From the human T2T-CHM13v2.0 reference genome, Homo sapiens: 64,000 nt of DNA. Under the pieces are notes generated by a model. It made no database searches. It had not been told where the DNA came from and saw only the letters and a program-made list of their open reading frames with translations. The position numbers and the translations under genes are program-made. Below, piece by piece: positions 27,601 to 39,445 of the stretch. Position 1 is the first letter of the stretch. Every line of letters begins with the position of its first letter. The DNA lies in the NCBI RefSeq assembly GCF_009914755.1, contig NC_060938.1, one strand, 5' to 3'.

Positions 27601-27975
27601 GAGCAACAGGATGCAGTAGGTCATCAGGCCACAGCTGGATACCAGTCCCCGGTGAACACAAGGCCCCAGTGGGACACAGATCTAAGGCAGACATCAGGCC
27701 CCGGGTGGACGTACAGGCCTGAGGTGGAATTCACCCTGAGGGGGACATTCGGCCCCAGGTGCGCATCAGGCCTCAGGTGAATAACCAGTCCCCAGGTGGA
27801 CATTAGCCTGCAGGTCAACCACAGTCCCCAGGTTGATACCTGATCTCCAAGTGGCTACCCAATCTGCAGGGTAACATTAGGCCCCTGTAGGATCCCAGGC
27901 TGCAAGTGGATTCCTAGGCCCCTGGTGAACATCAGGTGCAGGTGTCCAAGCAGGTCCTGGGTGGACATAACTGTG
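18676..27975. repeat. Degenerate 18-19 bp satellite, consensus about (TGT)CCACCTGGGGCCTGA; forward to about 25345 and reverse-complement afterwards
   Basis: Continuous periodic tgtccacctggggcctga units, switching to tcaggccccaggtggaca after about 25345. Confidence 0.92.
22544..22915 (-). mobile_element. MaLR (MSTA/THE1-type) solo LTR inserted in the satellite
   Basis: TGtattagtccattttcacactg...gagatttgggtggagacatagagccaatatCA, flanked by the 5 bp near-TSD gacct/ggcct. Confidence 0.9.
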
Positions 27976-28137
27976 TACAGGTAAGGAGTTGACCTGTGGG
28001 GAGGGTGAGCAGTCAGCAGCCCACTGGGGTCCTGAGAAGGTTTTCTGGAAGGAGGAGGCTGAGGGCATGGAAACTTAAAGAAGCGACCTCACTTCCTTGC
28101 CAACAGACCCTAACAGAACTAAGAATTCTGGTAACCA

Positions 28138-28730
28138 GGCCAGGCACGGTGGCTCACACCTGTAATCCCAGCACTTTGGGAGGCTGAGGCAGGAGGATCA
28201 TGAAATCAGAAGATCGAGACCAGCCTGACCAACATGGTAAAACCACATGTCTACTAAAAATACAAAAAACAAACAAGGTCAGCAAATCAAGTCCATCCTG
28301 GCTAACACAGTGAAACCCCGTCTCTACTAAAAATACAAAAATTATCCGGGCGTAGTGGTGGGTGCCAGTAGTCCCAGCTACTCAGGAGGCTGAGGCAGGA
28401 GAATGGCATGAACTCGGGATGCAGAGCTTGCAGTGAGCCAAGATCTCGCCACTGCACTCCATCCAGCCTGGGGGACAGAGCGAGACTCTGTCTCAAAAAA
28501 AAAAACAAACAAAAAAAACCAAAAAACAAACAAACAAACAAACACAAAAAAACTAGCCAGGTGTGGTGGTGCGTGTCTCATGCCTGTAATCCCAGCTACT
28601 CAGGAGACAGAGGCAGGAGAAGTGATTGAACCCAGTAGGCGGATGTTGCACTGAGCCGAGATCATGCCACTGCACTCCAGCCTGGCCAACAGAATGAGAC
28701 TATGTCTCAAAAAAAAAAAAAAAAAAAGAA
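28138..28730 (+). mobile_element. AluS with a 5'-truncated AluY-like element nested in its central A-rich linker
   Basis: Left arm 28138-28275, inner Alu about 28277-28550 (atcctggctaacac…gagaatggcatgaac…gagcttgcagtgagc), right arm about 28553-28730. Outer TSD is aagaattctggtaacca / aagaattccaataacca. Confidence 0.88.
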
Positions 28731-28974
28731 AAGAATTCCAATAACCAGGCACCCACATCCTAGAGTTAGCCGCGTAGCCAGCTCACTTGGTGGGAGACAC
28801 TCAAGAGAGCAAGATGTTCTTGTGCTGCATCCCCACATCTCCAGGCTCTGGCTTCAGGAATGGCAGAAGTGAGAGCCTTTCTTTGCTGATGACGCCCTCG
28901 TAGGCTCATACCTCACCCCAGATGCCTCTGGCCATTTGGCAGAAGCCCCCCCCCCCCAGGTACCACAGGACAGG

Positions 28975-29447
28975 AGTCACCAGGGAGCCATCAGGCCTCA
29001 GATAGACACCAAGGTCCCAGATGTACAGCAGGCCCCAACTGAACCCCAGACTCATGTGGACATCAGGCCACAGGTAGACACCAAGCCTTAGGTAGATACC
29101 TAACTTCAGGTAGACATCAGCCCCAGGTGGACACCCAGTCCCCAGGTGGACAATCAGGCCCCAGGCACACATCAGGCCTTAAGTGGACACCCAGGCCCCA
29201 AGTTGATATCTGGCTCCCAGGTGATCACCAAGCCCCAGGTAGACACCAGGCCATAGGTGAGCAACAGGATGCAGTAGATCAAAAGGCCACAGCTGGATAC
29301 CAGTCCCTGGTGATCACAAGGCCCCAGTGGGACATAGATCTAAGGCAGGCATCAGGCCCCAGGTGGACGTACAGGCCTGAGGTGGAATTCACCCTGAGGG
29401 GGACATTCGGCCCCAGGTGCGCATCAGGCCTCAGGTGAATAACCAGT
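28975..29447. repeat. Displaced near-identical copy of satellite segment 27315-27790
   Basis: agtcaccagg…ccatcaggcctcagatagacaccaaggtcccagatgtacagc…gcgcatcaggcctcaggtgaataaccagtc occurs at both places. Confidence 0.93.
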
Positions 29448-29454
29448 CTCTCTC

Positions 29455-29723
29455 TATATATATATATTATATATATATCTATATATATTGTGTTGGATAT
29501 ATATATCTATATATATCTATATATATGTATGTATATCTATATATATCTATATATATGTATGTATATCTATATATATCTATATATATCTATATATATCTAT
29601 ATATCTATATATATCTATATATATCTATATATCTATATATATCTATATATATGTATATCTATATATATCTATATATATCTATATATATGTATATCTATAT
29701 ATATCTATATATATCTATATATA
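29455..29723. repeat. AT-rich (TA)n/(TATATC)n low-complexity array
   Basis: Read directly from the sequence. Confidence 0.97.
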
Positions 29724-29736
29724 TTGTGTTGGATAA

Positions 29737-31988
29737 ATCCAACAGCACATTAAAAATTTAATTCACCATGATCAATTGAGTTTTATTCTAGAAATGCTAG
29801 GATGATTCAACATATGCAAATCAATAAATGTGATTCATCACATAAAGTTAAAAACAAAAACCACAGGATCATTTCAATTGATGTTGAAAAGACAATCATA
29901 AAATAGGAGAAAATATTTGTAAACTATCCATCTGACAAGGGATTAACAACCAGAATATATAAGGAGCTCAAACAACTCTACAGAAAAAATCTGATCATCC
30001 AATTTAAAAATGGGCAAAAGATCTTGCTCAAAAGAAGACATATAAATGGCAAACAGGCATGTGAAAAAGTGCTCAACATCATTGCTCATCAGAGAAAGGC
30101 AAACCAAAACTACAAGACGAATCATCTAACCCTAGTTAAGATGGCTTATATCCAAAAGACAGGCAGTAAGAAATACTGGCTAGGATGTGGGGAATTGGAA
30201 CCCACTATTGGTGGGAATGTAAGTTAGTACAATTACTATGGAGAACAGTTTGGAGGTTTCTCAAAAAAAAAAAAAAAAACAAAAATAGAGCTACCATATG
30301 ACCCAGCAATGCCATTGGTAGGTATATACACGAAAGAAAGGAAATCAGGATATCTGAGAGATACCTGCACTCCCATGCATATTGCAGCACTATTCACAAT
30401 AGCCATGATTTGGAAGCAACCTGTGTGTCCATGAACAGATGAATAAATAAAGAAAATGTGGTTAATATGCACAATAGAGTAATATACAGCCATGAAAAAG
30501 AATGAGATCCTGTTATCTGCAACAACATGGATAGAACTGGAGGTTATTATGTTAAATAAAATCAGCCAGGGACAGAAAGACAAATTTTCCATGTTCTCAC
30601 TTATTTGTGGGAGCTAAAACTTAAAATAACTGGATTTATGGAGATAGAGAATAGAGTAATGGTTACCAGAGATGGAAGAATAGTAGGGTTAAGGGGAAGA
30701 ATGAATAATCGGCATAAAAATACAGTTAGATAGAATAAGTAAGATCTAGTATTTGATAGAACAACAAGGTGACTATAGCCAAACATAATTTATAGTACAT
30801 TTAAAAATAACTAAAAGAGCATAATTGCATTGTTTGTAACACAAAGAAAGGGTAAATGTTTGAAGTGATGGATACCCCATTTACCGTGATGTAATTATTA
30901 TACATCGTATGCCCATAGAAAAATATTTCATGTACCCCAAAAACATATACAGTTACTGTGTACCCATAAAAATTTAAAAAGGAAAATATAAAATAAACAA
31001 CCTGATATTACAACTCTAGTAACTAATAAAAAAAGAACAAACTAAACCCAAAGTCAGCAGAAGGAAAGAAATAACAAGGATCTGAATAGAAATAAACAGA
31101 ATAGAGACTAAAACTACAATAGAAAAGAACCCAATGTAATAAAGAGTGTTTTTTCAGAAGGATAAACAAATCAACAAGCCTTTAGCCAGACCAAGGAAAA
31201 AGGAGAAAGGACTCAAATATTAATACAATCAAAAGTGAAAAGGGAGACATTACAACTGATACCACAGAAATATAAAAGCTCATAAGAAAAAAAAGCTCAT
31301 AAGAGAGTACTATGAAAAATTGTACAGTAACAAATTGAATAAAGTAGAAGAAATAAATAAATTCCAAGATACATGCAAGATACCAAGACTGAATCATGAA
31401 GAAAAAGTAAGTATGAACAGACCAAAAATGAGTAAGATTGAATTGTAATAAAGTCTCCCATCAAAGAGAAGCCCAGAATAGCTTTACTGTTGTATTCTAC
31501 CAAACATTTAAATAATTAGCAATCCTCAAACTCTTCCAAAAAAAATCTAAGAGGAAGGAATACTTCACTTCCAAACTTTTTTTACATGGCCAACATTACT
31601 CTGATACCAAAGTCAGCCAAGAACAAGAAAAAGAAAAGAAAAGAAAAATTACAGGCCAATATCCCTGATGAACATAGATGCAAGAATCCTCAATCAAATA
31701 CTAGCACACTGAATTCAACAGCACATTAAAAAGATAACTTACCATGCTCAAGTGGATTTACCCCAAGGATACAAGGTGGATCAACATACATAAATCTATA
31801 AATGTGATATACAACATTAACAAAATGAAGCCCCAAAATTATATAATCATCTAATTAGATGCAGAAATGGCATTTGAAAAATTCAACACTGTTTCATGAA
31901 AAGATTCTCAACAGAGTTGGTTTAGAAGAAATATACTTCAACACAATAAAGACCATGTATTACAAGCCTACAGCTCACATTATACTCA
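29737..31988 (+). mobile_element. Old L1 (L1M/L1MA-type) fragments: ORF2 middle, then ORF2 3' end with 3'UTR, then a further ORF2 piece
   Basis: ttcaacatatgcaaatcaataaatgtgat; gagctaccatatgacccagcaat; gatggataccccatttacc; caggccaatatccctgatgaacatagatgc. Confidence 0.85.
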
Positions 31989-31989
31989 A

Positions 31990-32400
31990 TGTACCCTCCA
32001 AATCTCAGGCTGAATTTTGATCCCCAGTGTCAGAGGGGGTGCCTGGTAGGAGGTGTCTGTGTTATGGAGGTGAATCCCTCATGGGATGGTGATGGTATCC
32101 AACCCAACCCTCAGGAATGGGTTTGCATTTTACCCATAGTAGAGTTACCATCAGATCTGTTGGTTAAAAAGAGTGTGGGACAACCCCCTCCCCAACTTGC
32201 TCCCTCTCTTGCCATGTGACACACCTGCTCCCCCTTTGCTTTCTTCAATGAGTAAAAGCTTCCTTAGGCTTCAGAAGCTAAGAAGATGCTGATGCCATGC
32301 TTGTACTGACTGCAGGACCATGAGCCAAATAAACCTCTTTTCTTTATAAATTATTCAGTCTCAGGTATTCCTTTATAGCAATGTAAAATGGACTAAAACA
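31990..32400 (+). mobile_element. MST-type MaLR LTR
   Basis: ccaaatctcaggctgaattttgatcccc…ccatgagccaaataaacctcttttctttataaatta…caggtattcctttatagcaat. Confidence 0.88.
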
Positions 32401-32807
32401 AATGTTATTGGTGATTTATGCAATGGCCATTTTAAGGGTGTGGTGGGGGGAAGCCATATTTAAATATATTGGAGGTGAGAAAGACATGAGGAAAAGATGA
32501 AGATTCCTTACGGTCTCTCAAGTATGGCAGTCATGCTCCTGCCTTGTGGCCCGTATGCATGCCATCTCCTCTGCCTGGAATGCTCTTTTCCCAGATATTT
32601 ATATTTCTTTCCCCCACACTCCCTTCAAATCTTTGACCAAATATCACCTTTTCAGTGAGGCCTTTCCTGACTAGCTATTGAAAATTCCACCCAGGGGAAT
32701 TGAGAGATATCGGTCAAAAGGTACAATGTTTCAGCTAAACAGGATGAATAAGTTTTGGAGATCTACTGTACAGCATAGTGACTGTAGTTAATAGTCATGT
32801 GTTATAC

Positions 32808-33140
32808 CATTGTCCCTAAATATCTGCAATATCTGGGGGGCGATTTGTTCCAGGACTCCCCAAGGACACCGAAATCCTGGAATGTTCAAGTCCCTTATAT
32901 AAAATGATGTAATTTTATATTTGCATGTAACCTATGCATATTCTTCCATACACTTTAAATCATCTATAGATTACTTATAATACTAATAAAACATAAATGT
33001 TTTATAAATAGTTGTTATAACGTATTTTTTTATTTTTACTGCTTTTATTGTATTTTTTGTGGGGTTTTTGTCCTAATAGTTTCTATCCAGTTGGTTGGAT
33101 GCCTGAATGTGGAACTCATGGAAACATAGGGCCAAAAGTA
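32808..33140. mobile_element. MER2-type (TcMar-Tigger) DNA transposon relic inside an L1 3' fragment
   Basis: gatttgttccaggactcccc…caagtcccttatataaaatg…catacactttaaatcatct…gattacttataatac. Confidence 0.75.
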
Positions 33141-34998
33141 TACTTGAAGTTTTTAGAAGAGATTTTAAATGTTCTCATACAATAAAATGAAAGTATGTGG
33201 AAGTGATAAATATGTTAGTTTGAATTAATCGTTTCACCATGTATACATATCAAAAAATCATCTTGTATGCCACAAATACATACAGTTTTTAAAATATAAA
33301 ATAAAAAATATTCAATCACCTATTATAAAGCAAGCACATATTGAACAAGTGCCAAGTTAATCTCATATACTGGATAATGATTCCATGGAAAGTAGCCTTG
33401 CTTAATTGGGAAAAGACCCAAGTGACAGAGTAGCTCCCTATGGAAAATTGTAACTGGTTTAAGTGACAGCTTAAACTCCAGAATGTCTCACCAAACAGTC
33501 AAATATATCTCTGCTCATAAGTATATTTCTCAATGAATTGTTATCAACTGATACTCCTGTGTAAAGGTACCTAGTTCAAGAAACTGAATATTATCAGCAT
33601 CCCAAAATCCCAACCTTTTCATTGAGGCTTTCCCTAACTACCTATTGAAAATTGCGCCCAGGGGATATGGGGAGACATTTGTCAAAGGGTACAATGTTTC
33701 AGCTAAAAAGGATGAATAAGTTCTGGATATCTACTGTACACCATTAACCTTAAGAGAGATCTCAAAAAGGAAAAGAACTCACACACACAAAAATAAATTG
33801 CTGTAAAGGATACACATGAAAGACATAGAAGGGAGGTGGAGGGAATGCAGAGAGCTGCGGGCTGAGTCTGAGCCTCAAGGCTTTTTCAGCATACAACACC
33901 GCAAAGACTGTTGATAAGCAAGCCTGTCCCCCATTTACTAAGCTTAGGCAATTAACTTTATGTGTCAAAATTTTATCAGTACCCAACACTGATTTAAGGA
34001 CTCAACACTCTGAGTTGAGAAAACCTAAAGTACAAAAAGTTACCTCAAAGGTAGGTGAGACTCTCTAACAGCTCAAATATATGTCTTCAATGTGTTCTAA
34101 TTGCAAATTACTTACAATTTGGCACAACATATTGGGAGAGAGGAGTAGTGGAATGGTAAAAATCAAACCTAACTTCAAAATATTGTAAATTATGGTTCTA
34201 AGATCAATCTTAATGACCCAATATGTGCAATGAGGCTCTTCTCTTCCTCCTCCATGTTACAGATGGGAACACGAAAGACTAAGCCATTCACATTACCCCA
34301 GGGAAGGCAGAGGGAAAGGGCAGTCCAGGTGTCCTGAACTGTACTGCTCACAGGGGAGGCCTGGCCCACCACTAAGTCTGGATACTTCCAAACCTATCCT
34401 TACATGAAAACAATATCTGGGGACCATTTCATTCTAATTGGTTTCGGGTCCTAGTTTCTGCCCAGTGGTCAAATCCAGAAACCCAGTCAGCACCTAGTTT
34501 CAATGAGTGGCTCTGAGCTTAGCTAATTAATGGCTTCCTGGCCCAAGAAAGCCTTCCTGTTTTTGTTTGTTTAATTAATTGTTTGCTATTGCGCTAAAAT
34601 ACTTTGTCTTACCTGACAATGAGTGAGCTCAGGATTATCTTGGCACATTTGGTTATGTGGTTTGAGCCCTCCCAGAGTGTTACTGTCTACCAGCTACCCA
34701 TTAAAGTTTAATACGGCAGAAGACAATGAGCTTACTAGAGATGTCACAGAGCCTTTGTTGCCATGGCAATAATTGTTGGACCAGATCACAGAGAAGGAAG
34801 TAAGAGACAAGAAAGAGAAAGGTGCAGGAAAAGCTGAAGCATAATAGTTTTTTAAAATAGTCTCTAAACTTATAATGGAGTAATGTGTTTAAATTTGTGG
34901 GGGAAACCACTTTATGAGAAAGGCTGATTTTCCAACATCCTCTTAAAGAGATATGGTTTTGGTTTTATGGAAGAATGGTTTCTAAGCTACATTTCATC

Positions 34999-35029
<31 letters not shown>

Positions 35030-35309
35030 CGGAGTCTCGCACTGTCACCCAGGCTGGAGTGCAGTGGTGCGACTTCGGCTCACTGCAACTTCCGCCTCCC
35101 AGGTTCAAATGATTCTCCTTGCCTCAGCATCCCAAGTAGCTGGGATTACAGGCACCCGCCACCATGCCTGGCTAGTTTGTTTTGTATTTTTAGTAGAGAC
35201 CAGGTTTCCCTATGTTGGCCAGGCTGGTCTCGAACTCCTGACTTCATGATCTGCCCGCCTCAGCCTCCCAAAGTGCTGGGATTACAGGTGTGAGCCACCA
35301 TGCTTGGCC
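34999..35309 (-). mobile_element. AluS SINE
   Basis: Poly-T followed by agacggagtctcgcactgtcacccaggctgg…gtgagccacc. Confidence 0.96.
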
Positions 35310-36269
35310 TACATTTCATCTTAAAATAAAAGTAAACGAATTGCGATTAATTTGGAAGCACACTGACTACTATAATACCAAGAAGTTCGTACGAAGGCAG
35401 ATAGATAGCCATTAAAATGGCAGAAATTCAACAAAATTTTTAATAGATGATTGTGTCAGTGAGAAATAGTTTTGATGTGCAGTATGAAACCTCAAATATT
35501 CCAGGGGCTCCTGCAAAGTGTAAACTTGTAGTATCCTTGACTTAGAACTGAAAGAACAGCAGGATTGGAGGTGGGTGAAAGAAAGAACCTAGTGATCTAG
35601 GTAATGTCACTTTGGATAACATTTGCTCTAAATTGCTCCCAGCATCAGTGAGTAGAGCTTGGGAGGAGTGAGTGTGTATTTCAAAGCCCAGGGCTTCAGT
35701 CAGTGTGAATGAGACAATGAGGATTATCCTGCCCTCTTGTGCTTCTGAGCCAACGTGCCAGGGCTTAAAGAGGAGAGGAAGGAAATGAAGAAGTCACAGA
35801 GTGCCTGATTGAAGAAGCAAAGTGCAGAAACACATCCTCCTCCCACCTCCCTGTAGAACTCAACCTCCCACTAGACTGCCCATCACTATCAGCATGGGAT
35901 GGTGGTATATTTACTTAATTAGCTAAACGTGAATAGAGCTTAAAGTTTAGCCCTTAGGTGGGATTTTGCCGACATCGACTTCCTAGGACTTTTGTCCTAT
36001 CACAGTGGCCTGTTGCACTGTGAGCTTCTTGTGTCAAAGGTTAATTAATCTTGTCTCTCTAGAGTCTAATGTTCAAATGCATGTTCATTTAACTAGGCTG
36101 TTTATTAAGTATAGTGGTTTAGTGACAAGATTAAGAAAAAAGCCCCAAAGGTAACTTATATTGTTGACCAGAGTAAATTAAAGGTGTAAACATTTAATAA
36201 CACCTAGAAGCCATATTCAGAATAAGTATAATTTTTACTAGTTATTCTAATCTTTTGAAAGAAACATCA

Positions 36270-36690
36270 CAGTTAGAAATGAAAAAGACCATATTACCAC
36301 TGACCCCACAGAAATAAAAAATAACCATCAGAAACTACTACAAACACCTCTATGCACACAAACTTGAAAACCTGTAAGAGATGGGGAACTTCCTGGACAC
36401 ACCAATAACGTGCTCCAAAATTGCATCTGTAATAAATAGCCTACCAACCAAAAAATATATATATTTTAAAAAGCTCAAGACTAGATGGATTCACAGCCAA
36501 ATTCTACCAGATATGCAAAGAAGAGCCAGTACCATTTTTGCTGAAATGATTCCAAAAAAACTGAGGAGGAGGGACCCCTGTCCAACTCATTCTATGAGGC
36601 CAGCATCATCCTGATACCAAAACCTGGTAGAGACACAACAACAACAAAAAAAACTTCAAGCCAATATCATGGATGAATACTGATATAAGG
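36270..36690 (+). mobile_element. L1P ORF2 fragment
   Basis: ccactgaccccacagaaata…gatggattcacagccaaattctaccag…catcatcctgataccaaaacc. Confidence 0.88.
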
Positions 36691-36770
36691 CAGCTTGTGA
36701 TTAGTATCATGACAAAGACACAAAGATGGTAAAATAAAAATGCAAGGATGGGGCTGGGCGCAGTGGCTCA

Positions 36771-37039
36771 CGCCCGTAATCCCAGCACTTCAGGAGGCCA
36801 AGGCAGGTGGATGACAAGGTCAAGAGATAGAGACCATCCTGGTCAACACGGTGAAACCCCGTTTGTACTAAAAATACAAAAATTAGCTGGGTGTGGTGGC
36901 GCATGCCTGCATTCCCAGCTACTCAGGAGGCTGAAGCAGAAGAATTGTTTGAACCTGGGAGGCAGAGGTTGCAGTGAGCTGAGATCATGACACTGCATTC
37001 AGCCTGGGGACAGAGCGAGATTCTGTCTCAAAAAAAAAA
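36771..37039 (+). mobile_element. AluS (Sc-like) SINE
   Basis: ggctgggcgcagtggctcacgcc…aggtcaagagatagagaccatcctgg…poly-A. Confidence 0.95.
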
Positions 37040-39445
37040 CACGCAACAATGGAAAATGTGCTTTGGTTAGGGGAAGAGAGGAAAACATTTTGGGAAAAAA
37101 AAATGTCTTTTGAACTGGACCTTGAAGGAGGGTTTGTACAGATGTAGATGGAGATAAATAGAATTCCAAATACAGAAAATGATCACAAAGAAGAGAACAT
37201 AAGAAACTGAAGCTATTCAGAGAATGAAATGCTGTCTACTGTCTAATTTATCTGCAAAAGAGAGTAGGGAAAAATAACACCAAGAAAGTCATTTGAAGTC
37301 AATTTGTGGAGAACTTGGGAACTTGAAATCATTGACAGCTTTTGAGCAGACGAGAATATCAAAGCTATGTTTTAGAAGTTTCTAAGTATTATGACTAAGT
37401 GATAATAAAGGTCTGAATAAACATTTTCCTCTGTAGTCTCTCAAAGTGGAAGTTTGCTTTTAGACAGATGTCTGTGGTCCTAGGGCATACATCCCTGATG
37501 TCCTCAACTACTTCACAGCACTTGGTATGAGCATTCACTCACACATGAGTGTTTAGTTACGCTATGTTGGCCCCTAAATGTCATAAAGTAAAAATAGAAG
37601 AGATACTAATAAATACAAGTAAATACTTCTCTCTATTAATTGGGAAGTCACATGTTCCTCTGAAGTATTTCTGTTAATTAACTTAAATGTTGCTACTTCT
37701 TATACTTTCTTCTCATATCTAAAGGATTCTGGCAAAAAAGTGCCATCCTTCTAAAAGTTATTTCTAAATTCTGTAAGTTTTTGTTCAATGTGTGACAATG
37801 TTGGAACCTCAGTATTTTCCTCACTGGGCTGTATATCCTCCAATATATGCACAGTAACACTTGAAATGTTCCTAAACATTATGTCAAAAGTTTTGGTAAC
37901 ATTTGGTATCTTATTTCTCCTCAGACTTTGTCTTCCAGAAGATTTTCTGGAATCCGTCTGGTGGGCAAGCTCTTTGTAAATAATGATGCCTTAGAATAGT
38001 TGTCATTACTCTTTACTGATTCTTCAGAGAATATGTAATCATTAACTTTTTAAAGATTCATCTTGGAAGATAACTTTCCTAATGCTATAGAGGCTACATC
38101 CCAGGAGAATGTGAGTTTCATAAAGTGCATTTTTAATTTTGGGGTCACATAAAACTCTGTCTAGCTGGAGACATAATATGATTTATAAAATAAATCATTT
38201 AGAGATTTGGTTCCTGTCAAAACGTTGATGGCTTCACCTTTTGAGCACTGCTGAGAATCATGACACTCCTGTGTCAATCCCTTTTCATTCCATAATTTCT
38301 TAATGTTGGTTTATTAATGATTCTGGTTGGAAGCCTATTAAAGAGACATATATTACTAAAAGAAGCACAAACATAACTTCTAACTAGTCATACCAAAAGA
38401 CTTCCCAGAGCACTGGTGTAGAGAGCAAGTTGGAAGAAAAACTTTTGAAAATTTGTGTTTCTGCTCAAAATGTCCTCTTGACATCTAGGACTCACATCCC
38501 TCCATATTTCTGAGGAAAAGAAAAGTTTTTTTCCAGGTAACGCAAATCCCTAATATATTTTTATAAGAATGTAGGAAGAAGGAAGTTTACCTATAACAAA
38601 ATAAGTGTTTGATTTCTGTCATCTGGTAAAAATTTTCAATTTTAAAAAAAGCATATAAGGAAAATCAATCTCAAAATTTTATGAAATGCCTTCAAAAGTA
38701 AAGTTTAATGTCTAGATCTTTGCAAACTTTTGTACATAATGACTAAATCAATATTATATTGATTTTATCAATATAATAATCACTATATCAGTTTATGAAA
38801 TTAAGGTAAAAGATTAATCAGAAGCTTAAAGCCTTTGCTTTCTACAGAAAACATTGCAGCTTTACAATATTAATATTAAAAATCAATATTGGTGAGTAAC
38901 ATTAGATAATCACTTAAGCTAACAACAGCAGCAATAGAAATTCAGAGATAATGGCTTTAACGTGATTGCTACCAATTTATTTTAAAATATGTGCATTTCT
39001 TTTGCATATGTAAATAATGTTAAGTAATATGTTTAGCTGAAATGTAAATGGTCAAAACTTTCTTTACTGAGTCTATTGCACCATAAGTTGGGTTTGCAAT
39101 AAGAAACTAACACATTTGTGCCTTCTCAAAGTACTAACTTTGAGTTGTATGCTATCCAGAAACTATATTAAATCATTTCTGTCTCAAAATAATGACCTTA
39201 CAAAAGGAATTTAACTTTACCTAGTTCTATCACGATTGCATATTAAGGAGAGATTTAGAAGATGGCAGAAGTTTGTTTTTGTTCAATCAGCTACCTACGA
39301 AGCCCAAAACTCATATACTGTATAGCCGAGAAAAAGTAAACTACATTCTCTTCCTAATTATTCTTTTGAAAAATGACTTCATGTTCATTATCTTCTCTTC
39401 ATTCTTAAAAAAGGAACACATTTTATAAAAGAGTCCTGACTGATA

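Noticed and set aside
16087-27975. CRISPR-like appearance of the periodic repeats
   Set aside because: Primate DNA, no unique spacers and no cas genes; these are tandem satellites
18637-29438. ORFs with HLGPGV or PQVDIR hexapeptide repeats
   Set aside because: A by-product of the 18 bp periodicity; frames break constantly at 19 bp units and stops
29417-29761. Tyr/Ile-rich ORFs
   Set aside because: Translations of the (TA)n array
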